Shown: piece by piece, positions 27,780 to 38,522 of the stretch | Position numbering within the stretch: the first letter of the stretch is position 1 | Layout: every line of letters begins with the position of its first letter | Source of the DNA: Candidatus Eremiobacteria bacterium | GTDB lineage: Bacteria; Vulcanimicrobiota; Vulcanimicrobiia; Vulcanimicrobiales; Vulcanimicrobiaceae | Reading direction: 5' to 3' | Length of the DNA stretch: 64,000 nucleotides | Assembly (NCBI GenBank): GCA_963737065.1 | Contig: CAVTRC010000001.1 | Location: forward strand, 96,001-160,000 | Notes under the pieces: generated by a model | Databases searched by the model: none | Seen by the model: the letters and a program-made list of their open reading frames with translations, nothing else | What the model was told of the DNA's origin: nothing | Position numbers and translations under genes: made by a program

Positions 27780-29186
27780 ATGTCGACGACAGCTCCCTCG
27801 GACCGGGCAGCCGGCCCCAGCTACTGCGAAAACGCGCTCGAAGCGATCGGCAACACGCCGCTGGTGAAATTGAACAAGGTAACCGACGGCGCGCAATGTC
27901 TGGTCCTCGCGAAAATCGAGTACATGAATCCCGGCGGCAGCGTGAAAGACCGTCCCGCTATCGCGATGCTCGACCAAGCCGAGCGCGCGGGACTGCTAAA
28001 ACCCGGCGGCACGATCGTCGAACCGACGAGCGGGAACACCGGTTCGGGTCTTGCAATGGCCGCTGCAATCCGCGGCTACCGTTGCATTTTGGTCATGCCC
28101 GATAAGATGTCGAAAGAGAAAATCGATCTTCTAAAGGCATACGGAGCGGAAGTCGTCGTCACGCCGAGCAACGTGCCGGCGGATTCGGCTGAATCGTACT
28201 ACGGCGTCGCGAATCGCCTCGCATCGGAGATTCCCGGCGCCTTCCAACCAAATCAATTTCACAATCATCACAATCCCGAAGCGCACTATCACACGACGGG
28301 CCCCGAGATTTGGCGGCAGACAAGCGGGACGATCACACATTTCGTCGCGGGTATCGGAACGGGTGGAACGATCTCCGGCACGGCGCGCTATTTGAAGGAT
28401 CAAAATCCGAACATTCACGTCATCGGCGCCGATCCGGAAGGTTCCATCTATTCGGGTGATACGCCGCGTTCGTACGCCGTCGAAGGCATCGGCATGAATT
28501 ATCTGCCGGAAACCGTCGATTTGAAGGTCATCGATGAAGTCGTACGCGTCTCCGATCGCGAGTCATTTCTGACGGCGCGCCGCATCACGCGCGAGGAAGG
28601 CCTACTAGTCGGCGGATCGTCCGGAACCGCCGCGGTCGCCGCAGTCAAGCTCGCGAAGACGCTTCCTAAACATGCGATCGTCGTCGTGATCTTTCCGGAC
28701 TCGGGCCGTGGGTACATGTCAAAGATCTTCAACGACGACTGGATGATTGCCAACGGCTTTCTGTCCGAAGGCAAACGCAAGTCGACCGTCGGTGATGTCT
28801 TGCGTAACAAACGTCCACTTCCGCGGATGATCACGGTGAAACCGAACGATACCGTCAAGACGGCGCTCGATCTGCTTCGCCAATACGAAATCTCGCAGAT
28901 TCCCGTCGTGGCGGCGCACGAAATGGTCGGCAGCATCAACGACGTCGGCGTCATGCAAACCGTCTTCGATCGAGCGGACATCATTCACAAGCCCGTGAGC
29001 GACGTGATGGGGCGGCCGTTTCCAATGCTCGAACAATTCGCGGAGATTGAGAAGGCCTACAAGTTGCTCACCCTTGCAAATCCCGCCGTCGTGGTCACCG
29101 ATGACGGTGATCCGATCGGCGTCTTGACTCGCCAAGACATCATTAGCTTCTTGTCGAGCTCATCGGACGGCGGCAAAGCGCAGTAA
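27780..29186 (+). CDS. cbs: Cystathionine beta-synthase with C-terminal CBS pair
   Basis: NPGGSVKDR, PTSGNTG, GIGTGGT, PDSGRGYMSK; CBS domains. Confidence 0.93.
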   Translation: MSTTAPSDRAAGPSYCENALEAIGNTPLVKLNKVTDGAQCLVLAKIEYMNPGGSVKDRPAIAMLDQAERAGLLKPGGTIVEPTSGNTGSGLAMAAAIRGYRCILVMPDKMSKEKIDLLKAYGAEVVVTPSNVPADSAESYYGVANRLASEIPGAFQPNQFHNHHNPEAHYHTTGPEIWRQTSGTITHFVAGIGTGGTISGTARYLKDQNPNIHVIGADPEGSIYSGDTPRSYAVEGIGMNYLPETVDLKVIDEVVRVSDRESFLTARRITREEGLLVGGSSGTAAVAAVKLAKTLPKHAIVVVIFPDSGRGYMSKIFNDDWMIANGFLSEGKRKSTVGDVLRNKRPLPRMITVKPNDTVKTALDLLRQYEISQIPVVAAHEMVGSINDVGVMQTVFDRADIIHKPVSDVMGRPFPMLEQFAEIEKAYKLLTLANPAVVVTDDGDPIGVLTRQDIISFLSSSSDGGKAQ

Positions 29187-30352
29187 TGAAATTTAGCACG
29201 AAGGCGATTCACGTCGGCCAAGAGGCAGATCCGGCGACCGGCGCCACGATCGTGCCGGTGTATCAGACGTCGACGTACACGCAAGACGGCGTCGGCGAGC
29301 ACAAAGGATTCGACTACAGCCGTACGATCAATCCGACGCGTCTTGCGCTCGAGAAGCAACTTGCGTCGCTTGAGGGCGCGCGGTACGGATACGCGTTCGC
29401 CAGCGGAATGGCGGCGACGGCAGCGGTGTTGAATCTTCTCTCGGCCGGCGATCACGCGGTGGTCACCGACGACCTGTACGGCGGAACATACCGCTTGTTC
29501 TCACGTGTGCTCGAACGCTATGGTCTCGAATTCACGTACGTTGACATGAGCGACCTCGCCGACGTACGCGCCGCCATCAGACCGAACACGAAGTTATTCT
29601 GGGTGGAGACGCCTACGAACCCGCTGCTGAAGTTGATCGACATTAGAGGCGTCGTTGCACTTCGCAAGCCGGGGCAGGTTGTCGTCGTCGACAATACGTT
29701 TGCTTCACCATACTTCCAGCAGCCGCTGGCGCTCGGTGCGGACGTCGTCGTGCATTCGACGACGAAGTACATCGGCGGACACTCCGACGTGGTCGGCGGG
29801 GTCGCGATCACCAACGACAAAGAGATCGCCGACGTAATCAAATTTCATCAGAATGCCGTTGGCGGCGTTCCCGGCCCGCACGATGCATGGCTCACGATGC
29901 GCGGCGCGAAGACGCTCGCGCTACGGATGCGCAGGCATGCGGAGAACGCGCAGATCGTCGCCGAGTATCTCGCAGCGCATCCCGAGGTCAAACGTGTCTA
30001 CTACCCGGGGCTTCCATCGCACCCGCAGCATCAGCTTGCGCTCGCGCAGATGAGCGGCTTCGGCGGCATGGTCTCGTTCGAGCTGGAGGGCGAGCAGTCG
30101 CGCGCGCTCGATTTCGCACACCGCTTGCAGTACTTCAGTCTCGCCGAAAGTCTCGGCGGCGTTGAATCGCTAATCTGTCACCCGGCACGTATGACGCACG
30201 GGTCGATTCCGAAGGATGATCGCGAGCGGCGCGGCATAACCGACGGATTGCTTCGTCTTTCGGTCGGCATTGAAGACGTCGACGATCTACTCGACGACTT
30301 AGGTTCCGCGTTAGCCGCGGTCCCGCGGATACGCGACGGCGCTGGCGTTTGA
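29186..30352 (+). CDS. Cystathionine gamma-lyase/synthase
   Basis: YSRTINPTR, ETPTNP, HSTTKYIGGHSD, AESLGGVES. Confidence 0.93.
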   Translation: MKFSTKAIHVGQEADPATGATIVPVYQTSTYTQDGVGEHKGFDYSRTINPTRLALEKQLASLEGARYGYAFASGMAATAAVLNLLSAGDHAVVTDDLYGGTYRLFSRVLERYGLEFTYVDMSDLADVRAAIRPNTKLFWVETPTNPLLKLIDIRGVVALRKPGQVVVVDNTFASPYFQQPLALGADVVVHSTTKYIGGHSDVVGGVAITNDKEIADVIKFHQNAVGGVPGPHDAWLTMRGAKTLALRMRRHAENAQIVAEYLAAHPEVKRVYYPGLPSHPQHQLALAQMSGFGGMVSFELEGEQSRALDFAHRLQYFSLAESLGGVESLICHPARMTHGSIPKDDRERRGITDGLLRLSVGIEDVDDLLDDLGSALAAVPRIRDGAGV

Positions 30353-30880
30353 GAGCAGTTGCTTTGCGGTTTCGCTGTTCATTTCGCCGACTTGCGCGGT
30401 GACCGACAACGCGACGCCGCGCACGCCGTCGACCCAACAATAAACGTACATCGTGCTCGCGTTAAAGCCCGTTCCGGACGTCATCTCGAAGTAGGCAGCC
30501 GGCATGCCGTTCTTTAACGACGCGTGCTCCTTGTTGCGGATCAAGGCATCGCCGAACGCATTGCGCAAATCTTGTTCGAACGTAGATTCGAAGCCGTCCA
30601 GCGGCCCTTGGTACGCTTGAACTTGAAGCAGCATCCGTTTGGGCCGCGACGGATCGCCGCTAACCCACGCGGCAACGACCTGCGGACTATCGCTCAGATC
30701 GTCGATGGAAATCTTGCGCTGCCCCACCGGGTGGTACGAAAGCGGAGCGACGAAGTGCATCGCGTCGTCATTGTATTCCTGGAAGTTGGGCTTGGGCGTC
30801 GGCGCTGCTTCCTGCGCAAATGCGCCGAGGGGCGTCAAAAGCAGCATCGCGCACACCAATAGACTACGTCGCGTCATCAT
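30311..30880 (-). CDS. Secreted hypothetical protein (PsbP-like fold possible)
   Basis: Signal peptide (AFA|Q); coupled to upstream esterase. Confidence 0.65.
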   Translation of the reverse strand: MMTRRSLLVCAMLLLTPLGAFAQEAAPTPKPNFQEYNDDAMHFVAPLSYHPVGQRKISIDDLSDSPQVVAAWVSGDPSRPKRMLLQVQAYQGPLDGFESTFEQDLRNAFGDALIRNKEHASLKNGMPAAYFEMTSGTGFNASTMYVYCWVDGVRGVALSVTAQVGEMNSETAKQLLSNASAVAYPRDRG

Positions 30881-31911
30881 TCCTCGTCGAGTACGCCGGC
30901 CAAAGCCGGCATGGAAACTTCGTACCGGTATCCCACGTTGCGATGATCGTCGTCGAACTCCTCGTGGCGCAGGTCAAGTCCAAGTTCACGAATACGCTCG
31001 GCGATGATCCGCGCGCCGATGTCGAGCGCATACTCGTCGCGTCGCCCGCAATCCAAGTAACGCAAGCGTAGCCGCCGCAGTTCCGCGTCGCGATGCGGCA
31101 CCCGTTCCACCGGATCGAAGGCGAGCCACTTCTCGAACACGTCGGCGCGAAGTTCGCCGCTTTGCGGATCGAACGGCAACTCCAAGTCGAATGCCGTGTT
31201 CGAACGTGGTGAGTAGGCTGCGGTGTAACCGAGAATTTCCATTGCGACGTACTCGCTCTGCGAGCGCTTGGGCTTCTTCTCGAACGCCTCCACAAACGAA
31301 GCGATATTGAAGTGATGCCTCTCGAGCGTTCGCTGCACGTCGGGAAACGCGCGCGTTTGCGCGTACTCAAAATACGAATCGCCGCTGTGCGACGCAAATG
31401 CGGCGAAAATACCGGGATATTCCATCACGAGATGCATCGAACCGAAACCGCCGGACGATTTTCCGAGCACCGCGCGTCCGCCCTCGTGCGCGATCGTCCG
31501 ATACTGCGTGTCGACGTGCGCGATAACGTCGCGCGTGACGTACGTCGCGTAATCGCCGTTGTGAATCGAGTTCACGTACTGCGAACCGCCGAGTCGCGTC
31601 CACCCGTCGACGACGACGAGCAGCACGGGCGGCATGCGCCGCTCGCGAATGAGGCGATCGATCCATTGCACCGCGTTGGTCTCCCACGCACGTCCGGCAA
31701 TCACACCAAGCGCATCGCCCGTATAGCCGTGCAGGAGATAGAGCGCGGGATACCGCCGCGAACCCTGCGCGTCGTATCCCGGCGGCGTGTAGACGGGCAC
31801 GGGCCGTTCGGCGGGATCACCGAGCGGATTATTGCGTAACGCTTCGCTGTCGATGCGCTCGATGTGCAGCTCGCCATGCAGTCCAAGGAGTTGCCCGTAG
31901 GTCATCTTCAT
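30877..31911 (-). CDS. Putative esterase (Fes/alpha-beta hydrolase)
   Basis: VYTPPGYD, YLLHGYTG, GKSSGG, YLDCG..DEY. Confidence 0.88.
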   Translation of the reverse strand: MKMTYGQLLGLHGELHIERIDSEALRNNPLGDPAERPVPVYTPPGYDAQGSRRYPALYLLHGYTGDALGVIAGRAWETNAVQWIDRLIRERRMPPVLLVVVDGWTRLGGSQYVNSIHNGDYATYVTRDVIAHVDTQYRTIAHEGGRAVLGKSSGGFGSMHLVMEYPGIFAAFASHSGDSYFEYAQTRAFPDVQRTLERHHFNIASFVEAFEKKPKRSQSEYVAMEILGYTAAYSPRSNTAFDLELPFDPQSGELRADVFEKWLAFDPVERVPHRDAELRRLRLRYLDCGRRDEYALDIGARIIAERIRELGLDLRHEEFDDDHRNVGYRYEVSMPALAGVLDEE

Positions 31912-31935
31912 AACGTGCGATAATTGGTTGGACCA

Positions 31936-34290
31936 ATGCATGCCTGCCTCATGCTCCTCGCTCTGCTGTGGGGCGCGTGGAAGACATCGGCGATCGCGCA
32001 CGACAACGGCACGCCGGTCTTTACCGTGAACGGCCGCCCGTTTTATGTGTACGGCGCATCATTCTTCTACGAGCGCACGCCGCGCGACGAGTGGCGTACC
32101 GATTTGGAATCGTATCGCGGACTCGGCATTAATACGATCGATCTCTATCTGATCTGGAATTGGCATGAGCCGGACGCGCACACGATCGACTTCGACGGAC
32201 ACACAAATCCGCGTCGCGATCTACGCAGCCTGTTCTCGCTCATCCACGAACTGGGGTTCAAGGTAGTCGTTCGTCCGGGGCCGGTGATTCGCAACGAGTG
32301 GCGCAACGGCGGGTATCCGGATTGGCTCCTGGAGCGCCCCGAATACAACATGCCGCTGCACGACATCCTCGAAGGACGGTATCCCGCTACCGCGACCTTA
32401 CAAAACGCGCACGCGGACGCAGCGGCAAATGAGTGGATGCACAACGCGACACACTTGCGCTACGCATCCGGGTGGTTGCGCGATGTGCTCCACGCCATCG
32501 AGCCATGGTCGAGCGACGTAATTGCGATCGCGCTCGACGACGATCAAGGCGCCTATCTCGACAACGACACGTGGCCCGCGCCGCATTGGCACGCGTATAT
32601 CGACTGGCTGAAATCAACCGTGCAATCCGTCGTCGGCACGCGCGTTCCGCTCTTCATCAATACGTATCAGATGAAAGTGACCGCATCCACACCGGTGTGG
32701 GCATGGGGTAATTGGTATCAAAGCGACGCTTACCGCATCGGCGATCACGACATCGCGCAACTGGCGTTTTCGACCGCTCTGCTCCAAACGCAGCCGGACG
32801 TTCCGGTGATGACGAGTGAATTTCAAGCGGGATGGCTCCAAGGCGCCGACGAGATCACGCCGCGTGCCGCCGCACCGGAAAACACGACCCTTGCCCTGCA
32901 TGAAATGCTGCAGTTGGGCGCGCACGGCGTCGTCAATTTCCCCGTTGCGGACACGCTAAATCCCGCGGGGTATGAGGCGCCGTGGGCAAACTGGTTTTAC
33001 GCGTGGGATGCCGCGCTGACGCTGCAGCGTTCGCCGTCGGCGCGCTATGGTCCGACCGCCGGATTCGGTCAACTCGTGAACCGGTATGGAGCGTTGCTCG
33101 CAACGTTGACGCCGAAAGCCGATCTTGCGATCGCATGGCTCGGAAGCGCATACGATCCGTCGGTGATGACCAACGACCGCTTCGCGGCGCTCGCCGAAGC
33201 AACGATCGCGCAACAGCAGCGATGCCGCGCGCTCGCACTTACCTGCCGGTTCGTCGATCTGCGCTATGCGTCGCTCGATGCGCTGCACGAGATCCATGCG
33301 CTGGTGCTTCCGAACATCGGGCCGTTAGCATTCGAGCCGCACACCGCGGCAGTCGTCAATGCGCTTCGCCGCGAGATCGCCGTCGGCTCGACGGTCGACG
33401 CCGTTCGATCGCACGTAACGTCGAGTACTGGTGGCATACGAGACGCGGCGCTGCTCGTCACGCCCGACGGTCGAAACGCGGAATTGGACGTCTTCAATGC
33501 AGGCACGTCGCCTCGGTGGATACCAAAGACGACGCTGTCGTTCAATGGACACCGATTCACCGTTCCGGCGATGCGCCTGCGGCCGGGGAGCGCCGTCGAT
33601 ATTCCGTTCGCTCCTCCGCATTTTTTCTCAGCGATATTTACGAGCAGCGCAACCGACGTTCTGCAAATCACGGCCAAGGCACATCTAAACGATCCCAACG
33701 GATTCCCCGCGACTCCTGCCGGAACCGCACGAGCGTATGCTGACGATATCTATCGCGACGGCAGCAAGACGTTCGTGCTCGAAAACGGTCGCGTGCGTGT
33801 CGTCGTGTCGGCCGATGCGGGCGCGCGTGCATTCGTTTTCGAGGACGTCGTTACGGGACGCAACTATTTCACAACGATCGGCGCACTACGCGACGACGTC
33901 GCGGCACCGCTTCCCACGTCGGCGCGCGACTACATCGGTATGTATACGCACCCATTTCCGACCGGCACGTTCAATCGCAGCTATTCGTGCAGCGTAAAGG
34001 ATCGCGCGCCACGGGCGTCGCTGCTGTGCACGTACGATGCGCCCGATCTCGCGAGCGCCCCGGTGCGTTTCGAAAAGGAATTCATCCTTGCACCGAACGC
34101 GACGTCGTTCACCGTCCGTCTTCGCGCGACCGCGGATGCAGCGTCAATCTCCGCGGTGCTTCCGCCGACATTCCGAAGCGCGCCGTACGATCTCTTTCGC
34201 TTCACCTACCCCGCCGGAAAGACGCGATGGGTACGGTTCTCGCTACAAGGACCGCCCACGGTCGACGCGAATCCGGGCGGGTCACCCTAG
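31936..34290 (+). CDS. Beta-galactosidase-like glycoside hydrolase (GH35/GH42-like)
   Basis: GINTIDLYLIWNWHEP, VVRPGPVIRNEWRNGGYPDWL, TSEFQAGW. Confidence 0.8.
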   Translation: MHACLMLLALLWGAWKTSAIAHDNGTPVFTVNGRPFYVYGASFFYERTPRDEWRTDLESYRGLGINTIDLYLIWNWHEPDAHTIDFDGHTNPRRDLRSLFSLIHELGFKVVVRPGPVIRNEWRNGGYPDWLLERPEYNMPLHDILEGRYPATATLQNAHADAAANEWMHNATHLRYASGWLRDVLHAIEPWSSDVIAIALDDDQGAYLDNDTWPAPHWHAYIDWLKSTVQSVVGTRVPLFINTYQMKVTASTPVWAWGNWYQSDAYRIGDHDIAQLAFSTALLQTQPDVPVMTSEFQAGWLQGADEITPRAAAPENTTLALHEMLQLGAHGVVNFPVADTLNPAGYEAPWANWFYAWDAALTLQRSPSARYGPTAGFGQLVNRYGALLATLTPKADLAIAWLGSAYDPSVMTNDRFAALAEATIAQQQRCRALALTCRFVDLRYASLDALHEIHALVLPNIGPLAFEPHTAAVVNALRREIAVGSTVDAVRSHVTSSTGGIRDAALLVTPDGRNAELDVFNAGTSPRWIPKTTLSFNGHRFTVPAMRLRPGSAVDIPFAPPHFFSAIFTSSATDVLQITAKAHLNDPNGFPATPAGTARAYADDIYRDGSKTFVLENGRVRVVVSADAGARAFVFEDVVTGRNYFTTIGALRDDVAAPLPTSARDYIGMYTHPFPTGTFNRSYSCSVKDRAPRASLLCTYDAPDLASAPVRFEKEFILAPNATSFTVRLRATADAASISAVLPPTFRSAPYDLFRFTYPAGKTRWVRFSLQGPPTVDANPGGSP

Positions 34291-34300
34291 GGTGCCGTGC

Positions 34301-34384
34301 GGGGAAGTGGCGGAACGGCAGACGCAGCCGCCTCAAAAGCGGCCGGGGCAACTCGTGTGGGTTCGAATCCCACCTTCCCCACCA
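34301..34384 (+). tRNA. tRNA-Leu(CAA)
   Basis: Anticodon arm GCCGC-CTCAAAA-GCGGC; long variable arm; CCA. Confidence 0.97.
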
Positions 34385-34606
34385 AGAACTCGCCCGTCGC
34401 GACGTCCCACCGCGTCTCAATATCTTGATATGCTCACGTAAAGATAAACTGTGCGTTATCCTGACGTCGCCTATCATCGTTTGACGCCTTAGTACCAGCG
34501 GCGGGCCCGAACGCGACCTTCCACAGCCTGCGCGCGGCTAGGCTTTCAGAACCAACGCGCAGTGTGCGCGCAGGCCGCGATATTCACGTAGGCAAAACGT
34601 TGTGTC

Positions 34607-37477
34607 GTGGGCACTACCGGCTTTGCTCCCGGTCGCCGTGCGCGCGCTGTTGCGTTCACACTCGTAACGACAGCGATCGTGCTGGTTCTCGCGTTGGCCG
34701 AATGGGGAACTGAACGCCTCCTTTCGGCTCATTCACGCGGCGCGAGCATTGCGATCGAGATTGCGATCGTGCTCATTGCGGCGCTCCTCGTTCGTCCCGT
34801 TCACCGCAAACTGGAAGAACTGACCGAAACTGCATTTTACTATCGTAAGCGCCAGGCGCTTGCTTCGGTCGAGCGCTTCCGTCGTGAGCTGTCGTCGTTC
34901 AACGATAAGCAGCAACTGCTTGCGGCGCGTCATCGAGGCGATCGATCATCATTTAGAGGCACGCGCCTGCGCCGTATATGTGCGGCGCGATGCGTTTCGC
35001 GCCGACGGCGTCGTCATTCGACGTCCCGGCCGAGGCGATCGCACTCGACGATCCGCTCGCGACACGATTCCAATCTAGCGCGCTGCCCGCGCGTCCGCCG
35101 CTCTTGAAGTCCTCCGCGCCGGGAACCGATGCTTTCCCGATGACCGCGGCCGGCGATCTCGTGGGATTTATTTGCGTCGAACATCCCAAGGACACAATAC
35201 GATCCCGATGAACTGGCGATGCTTTCGGGACTCGCGCAAGATCTTGCCGTCGCGCTTCTCGCGCTCGATCCGTCGCTTGCGAACCAGGCGCGCTTCGCTC
35301 ACGAATATCCGTGCGGATTTGCCGCTGCTCGTCGGACGCGACCTCGAGATGCGCGAACTCGATGACGCACTCGTCCATTACCAACTCATCACGATGACCG
35401 GTCCAGGGGGCGTCGGGAAAACGGCGCTCGCGCTGCAGTGTGCGCGCGCCGCATCGAACGGTACGAACACGGCGTGTGGTTCATCGATCTTGCGCCGCTC
35501 ACCGATCTCGCGGTTCATCGCAGCGACGATCGCAAATGCGCTCGACGTGCCGGGTAGTGACGACGATGACGAACTCTCGCGACTACTTGCATTCCTCCAA
35601 CCTCGCACGGCACTGCTTCTTATCGACAATTGCGAACATCTCGTCGAGGGCGTTGCCTCGGTCATCTCGCGCATTCGCAACGTTTGTGCGGGCGTCTCGA
35701 TACTCGCGACGAGCCGCGAACTGCTGCATCTCGAAGCCGAACACGTTTATCGGCTGCGTCCGCTCGACGGCGAAGCGTCTGCGCATCTCTTTGCCGATCG
35801 TGCGACGGCGCTTGCGCCGCAGTTCGACCCCGCCGCCAACGATGCGATGATTCATAAAATCTGCGAGCAGCTCGATGGCATTCCGCTCGCGATCGAGCTC
35901 GCTGCAGCGCGTGTACGCGCGCTCGGCGTTGATGAGCTGTACGATCGACTCACCGAACGCTTTCGGCTGTTGACGAGCAGCACGCGCACGGCGCTTCCGC
36001 GCCACCAAACGCTCGCCGCAACGATCGAATGGAGCTACGATCTCTTACCCGGCGACGAGCAATCACTGTTCCGAAATCTCGCGGTGTTTCGGGGAAGCTT
36101 CTCACTCCAAGGCGCTGCAGCGGTATGCGGAAATCGCGCGCGATGCGATGAATTTCACGTCTTGGACCTCTTAACGTCGCTCGCGGATAAATCGCTGCTC
36201 ACCGTGTCGCTCGCGCTGAACACGCGCTATCGCCTTCTCGAAACGATTCGTCAGTTCGCGAGCGAAAAGGCGACCGAGGCGCGCGCGACAGATGTCGCGA
36301 GGGAGGCGCACGCGGGATATTTTGCCGCCGTCGCAAGCGGCGCGTATCGCGAATTCGATTCACAAATGCCGCAAGGCTGGCTGGAGCGCTTGATCCCCGA
36401 CATCGACAACTTTCGCGCCGCGCTGCAGTGGACGCTCGACGAGCGCGGCGACCGGCGGCTGGGAGCGCAGCTGGCAGCGGATTGCGGTCCGCTGTTCCTT
36501 CGCATGGAACTGCTCGGCGAAGGTTTGCAATGGTGCGAGACGCGCGCTTCGCGTTTCTTCGCTCGCGCCGTCGACGGAAGGCCGGCTCGAATACGTGTCA
36601 TCGATGTTGTACAACAACTTGCGAGCATATCCGAACGCGCTCGCGGCGGCGCAGCGAGCGGTCGCGCATTACCGCGAGTCGCCCGACCAGCGAGGTTTGG
36701 TTCGCGCGCTTTCGCAGCTGGCGCATCAGTATGCCCGCGCTCAACGCTTTGACGACGCGCAAGCGCCGGCAGCGGAGGCGATTCAACGCGCGAGGACGCT
36801 CGGCGAACCGCGCGTTCTCATCGCCGTGCTCCGGCGCTGCGCGTATTCGATGCCGCCGGCACGAATTGCCGACGCGCGTGCGCTCTTCCAAGAAGCGCTC
36901 GATGCGGCGCGCAATGTCAGCGATACCGACGAAACGTGCAAACTTCTTCAATGGTGGGCTGCGAGTGAAGCGGCATCCGGGGCGTTCGATCGCGCCATAC
37001 AACTCAATACCGAGGGTTTGTTATGTGCCGACTCCGACGCGACGAACGTACATCGAAAGCGACATCACGGGAAACGCGATCGCGTTGCAAGCGTGGCACG
37101 TTGCGCGCGAACACGCACATCAGGCGTTCGAACTCGCGACGTCGGCGCAACATCCGGTACTGTGCGCACTCGCCATCGCATATTGCGCGCCGTTGTGCGC
37201 GGATGACGACCCGGAACAGTCGGCGCTACTGTTCGGCTATGCCAGCGAACGGTTGCGCGAATTGCAATTCGACGGAGACCACGCGGAAAAAGTCGCGCTC
37301 GTCAACGCGCGAACGCGGATTCAAGAGACGCTGGCCGGCAAAGACGCCGACGTACTGTTCGAACGCGGTGCCGCGCTGACGCAACAAGAGGCCGCTACGA
37401 TCTTCGAATCAACATCTTACGGTGTTCATGGTGCGACGCTCGGCGCTCGTGACGGCGTCGCTGCATTGCTGCGTTAA
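34607..37477 (+). pseudogene. Membrane-anchored GAF + STAND (NB-ARC-like) ATPase + TPR protein, multiply frameshifted
   Basis: Fragments in three frames: 2 TM, FPMTAAGDLVGF, GPGGVGKT, LLIDNCEHL, LDGIPLAIELAAAR, RHQTL.ATIEWSY, YRLLETIR; indels may be assembly errors. Confidence 0.75.
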
Positions 37478-37919
37478 CGAATACGTACCCGGACTGCCCG
37501 GAACAGCCACTGACCGCAGAGTACGTTCCCGCGATCACGTTGGTCGTGAAATTATACGTTGCAGTGGTACTGAACGTGCACGTCGTTCCACTCGGATAGT
37601 CGATAACGATCGCACCGCGCAGTGCGCCGCCTGCCGCAATGGCGAAAGAAACGTCGGCCGTCGTCGTCACGCTCGCCGACGTTATCGTGAGCGATCCTCC
37701 GGCGTTCGTTCCTTGCTGCGCGAATGTTCCGGTCACGGTACCCGCGCCATTGGCGCTGTCTTGAATCGTCCCGGTGTAATCGCCGGAGACGTTCGCGGGA
37801 CCCGGCGTCGGAGTCGGTGATGGTGACGGACTGATGAAGGGCCCGTTGTTCGATGAATTGCACGCGGACAGCACGAGAACGCCGATAAGCCCGAAGGTGC
37901 GCAAATGAGACGTGAGCAT
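37409..37919 (-). CDS. Hypothetical lipoprotein (C-terminal frameshift near 37490)
   Basis: Lipobox LSAC, Ser/Pro linker, beta-rich domain. Confidence 0.65.
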
Positions 37920-38005
37920 CTTTTCACCCCGTGGTTGACGTGCGAACTATCCACGTACGACTAGCGGTTCGTAAACGCCTCGGAGCCCGCATGGAAGCGA
38001 ACAAT

Positions 38006-38522
38006 CTACGGTGCTGCCGTCACGATATCGAGCGTGACATCGACCGGGATTGCCGATCGCGGGATCGAGCGGCACGACGTGCATTCCGAAGGCATGGCGA
38101 TCAATTTGACAGGTCGCGTGGTAGTGCGGATGCTTGCTTTGTCCCGAGCGACGGAAACCGTCAATGGTTTCGCTTCGCGAAACACCGTGAATCGTCAACA
38201 TGCCGGTCATCGTGAAGCCGCCCGGCGCGGGCGTAATTTTCGTACTTTGAAACGTCCACGTCGGATATGTTTTTGTGTCGAACCAGTCCGAACCGGTAAG
38301 CGCGGCGTCGCGGTCCGAGTCGTCGGTATGCAAACGCGCCTGCATCGAATTCCGCGCTCACGTTCGCCGGCACGGCGGAGCCCGCCGGCAGATCGATCGC
38401 GCCGCGCACGATCGGCAACGGTGCCCGTGACGCGTTCAACAAACACGTGCGTCACGGAAAAGTGCGCCGTCGACCGCGTGGGGTCGATCGCGAGCACAAC
38501 GGCGACTCACGAACCCGAGCAT
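38006..38522 (-). pseudogene. YceI family protein, frameshifted
   Basis: IDPTRSTAHFSVTH, RDAAL.GSDWFD..TYP..TFQST, GMLTIHGVSR, IDRHAFGM in different frames; ATG overlaps upstream TGA. Confidence 0.75.
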
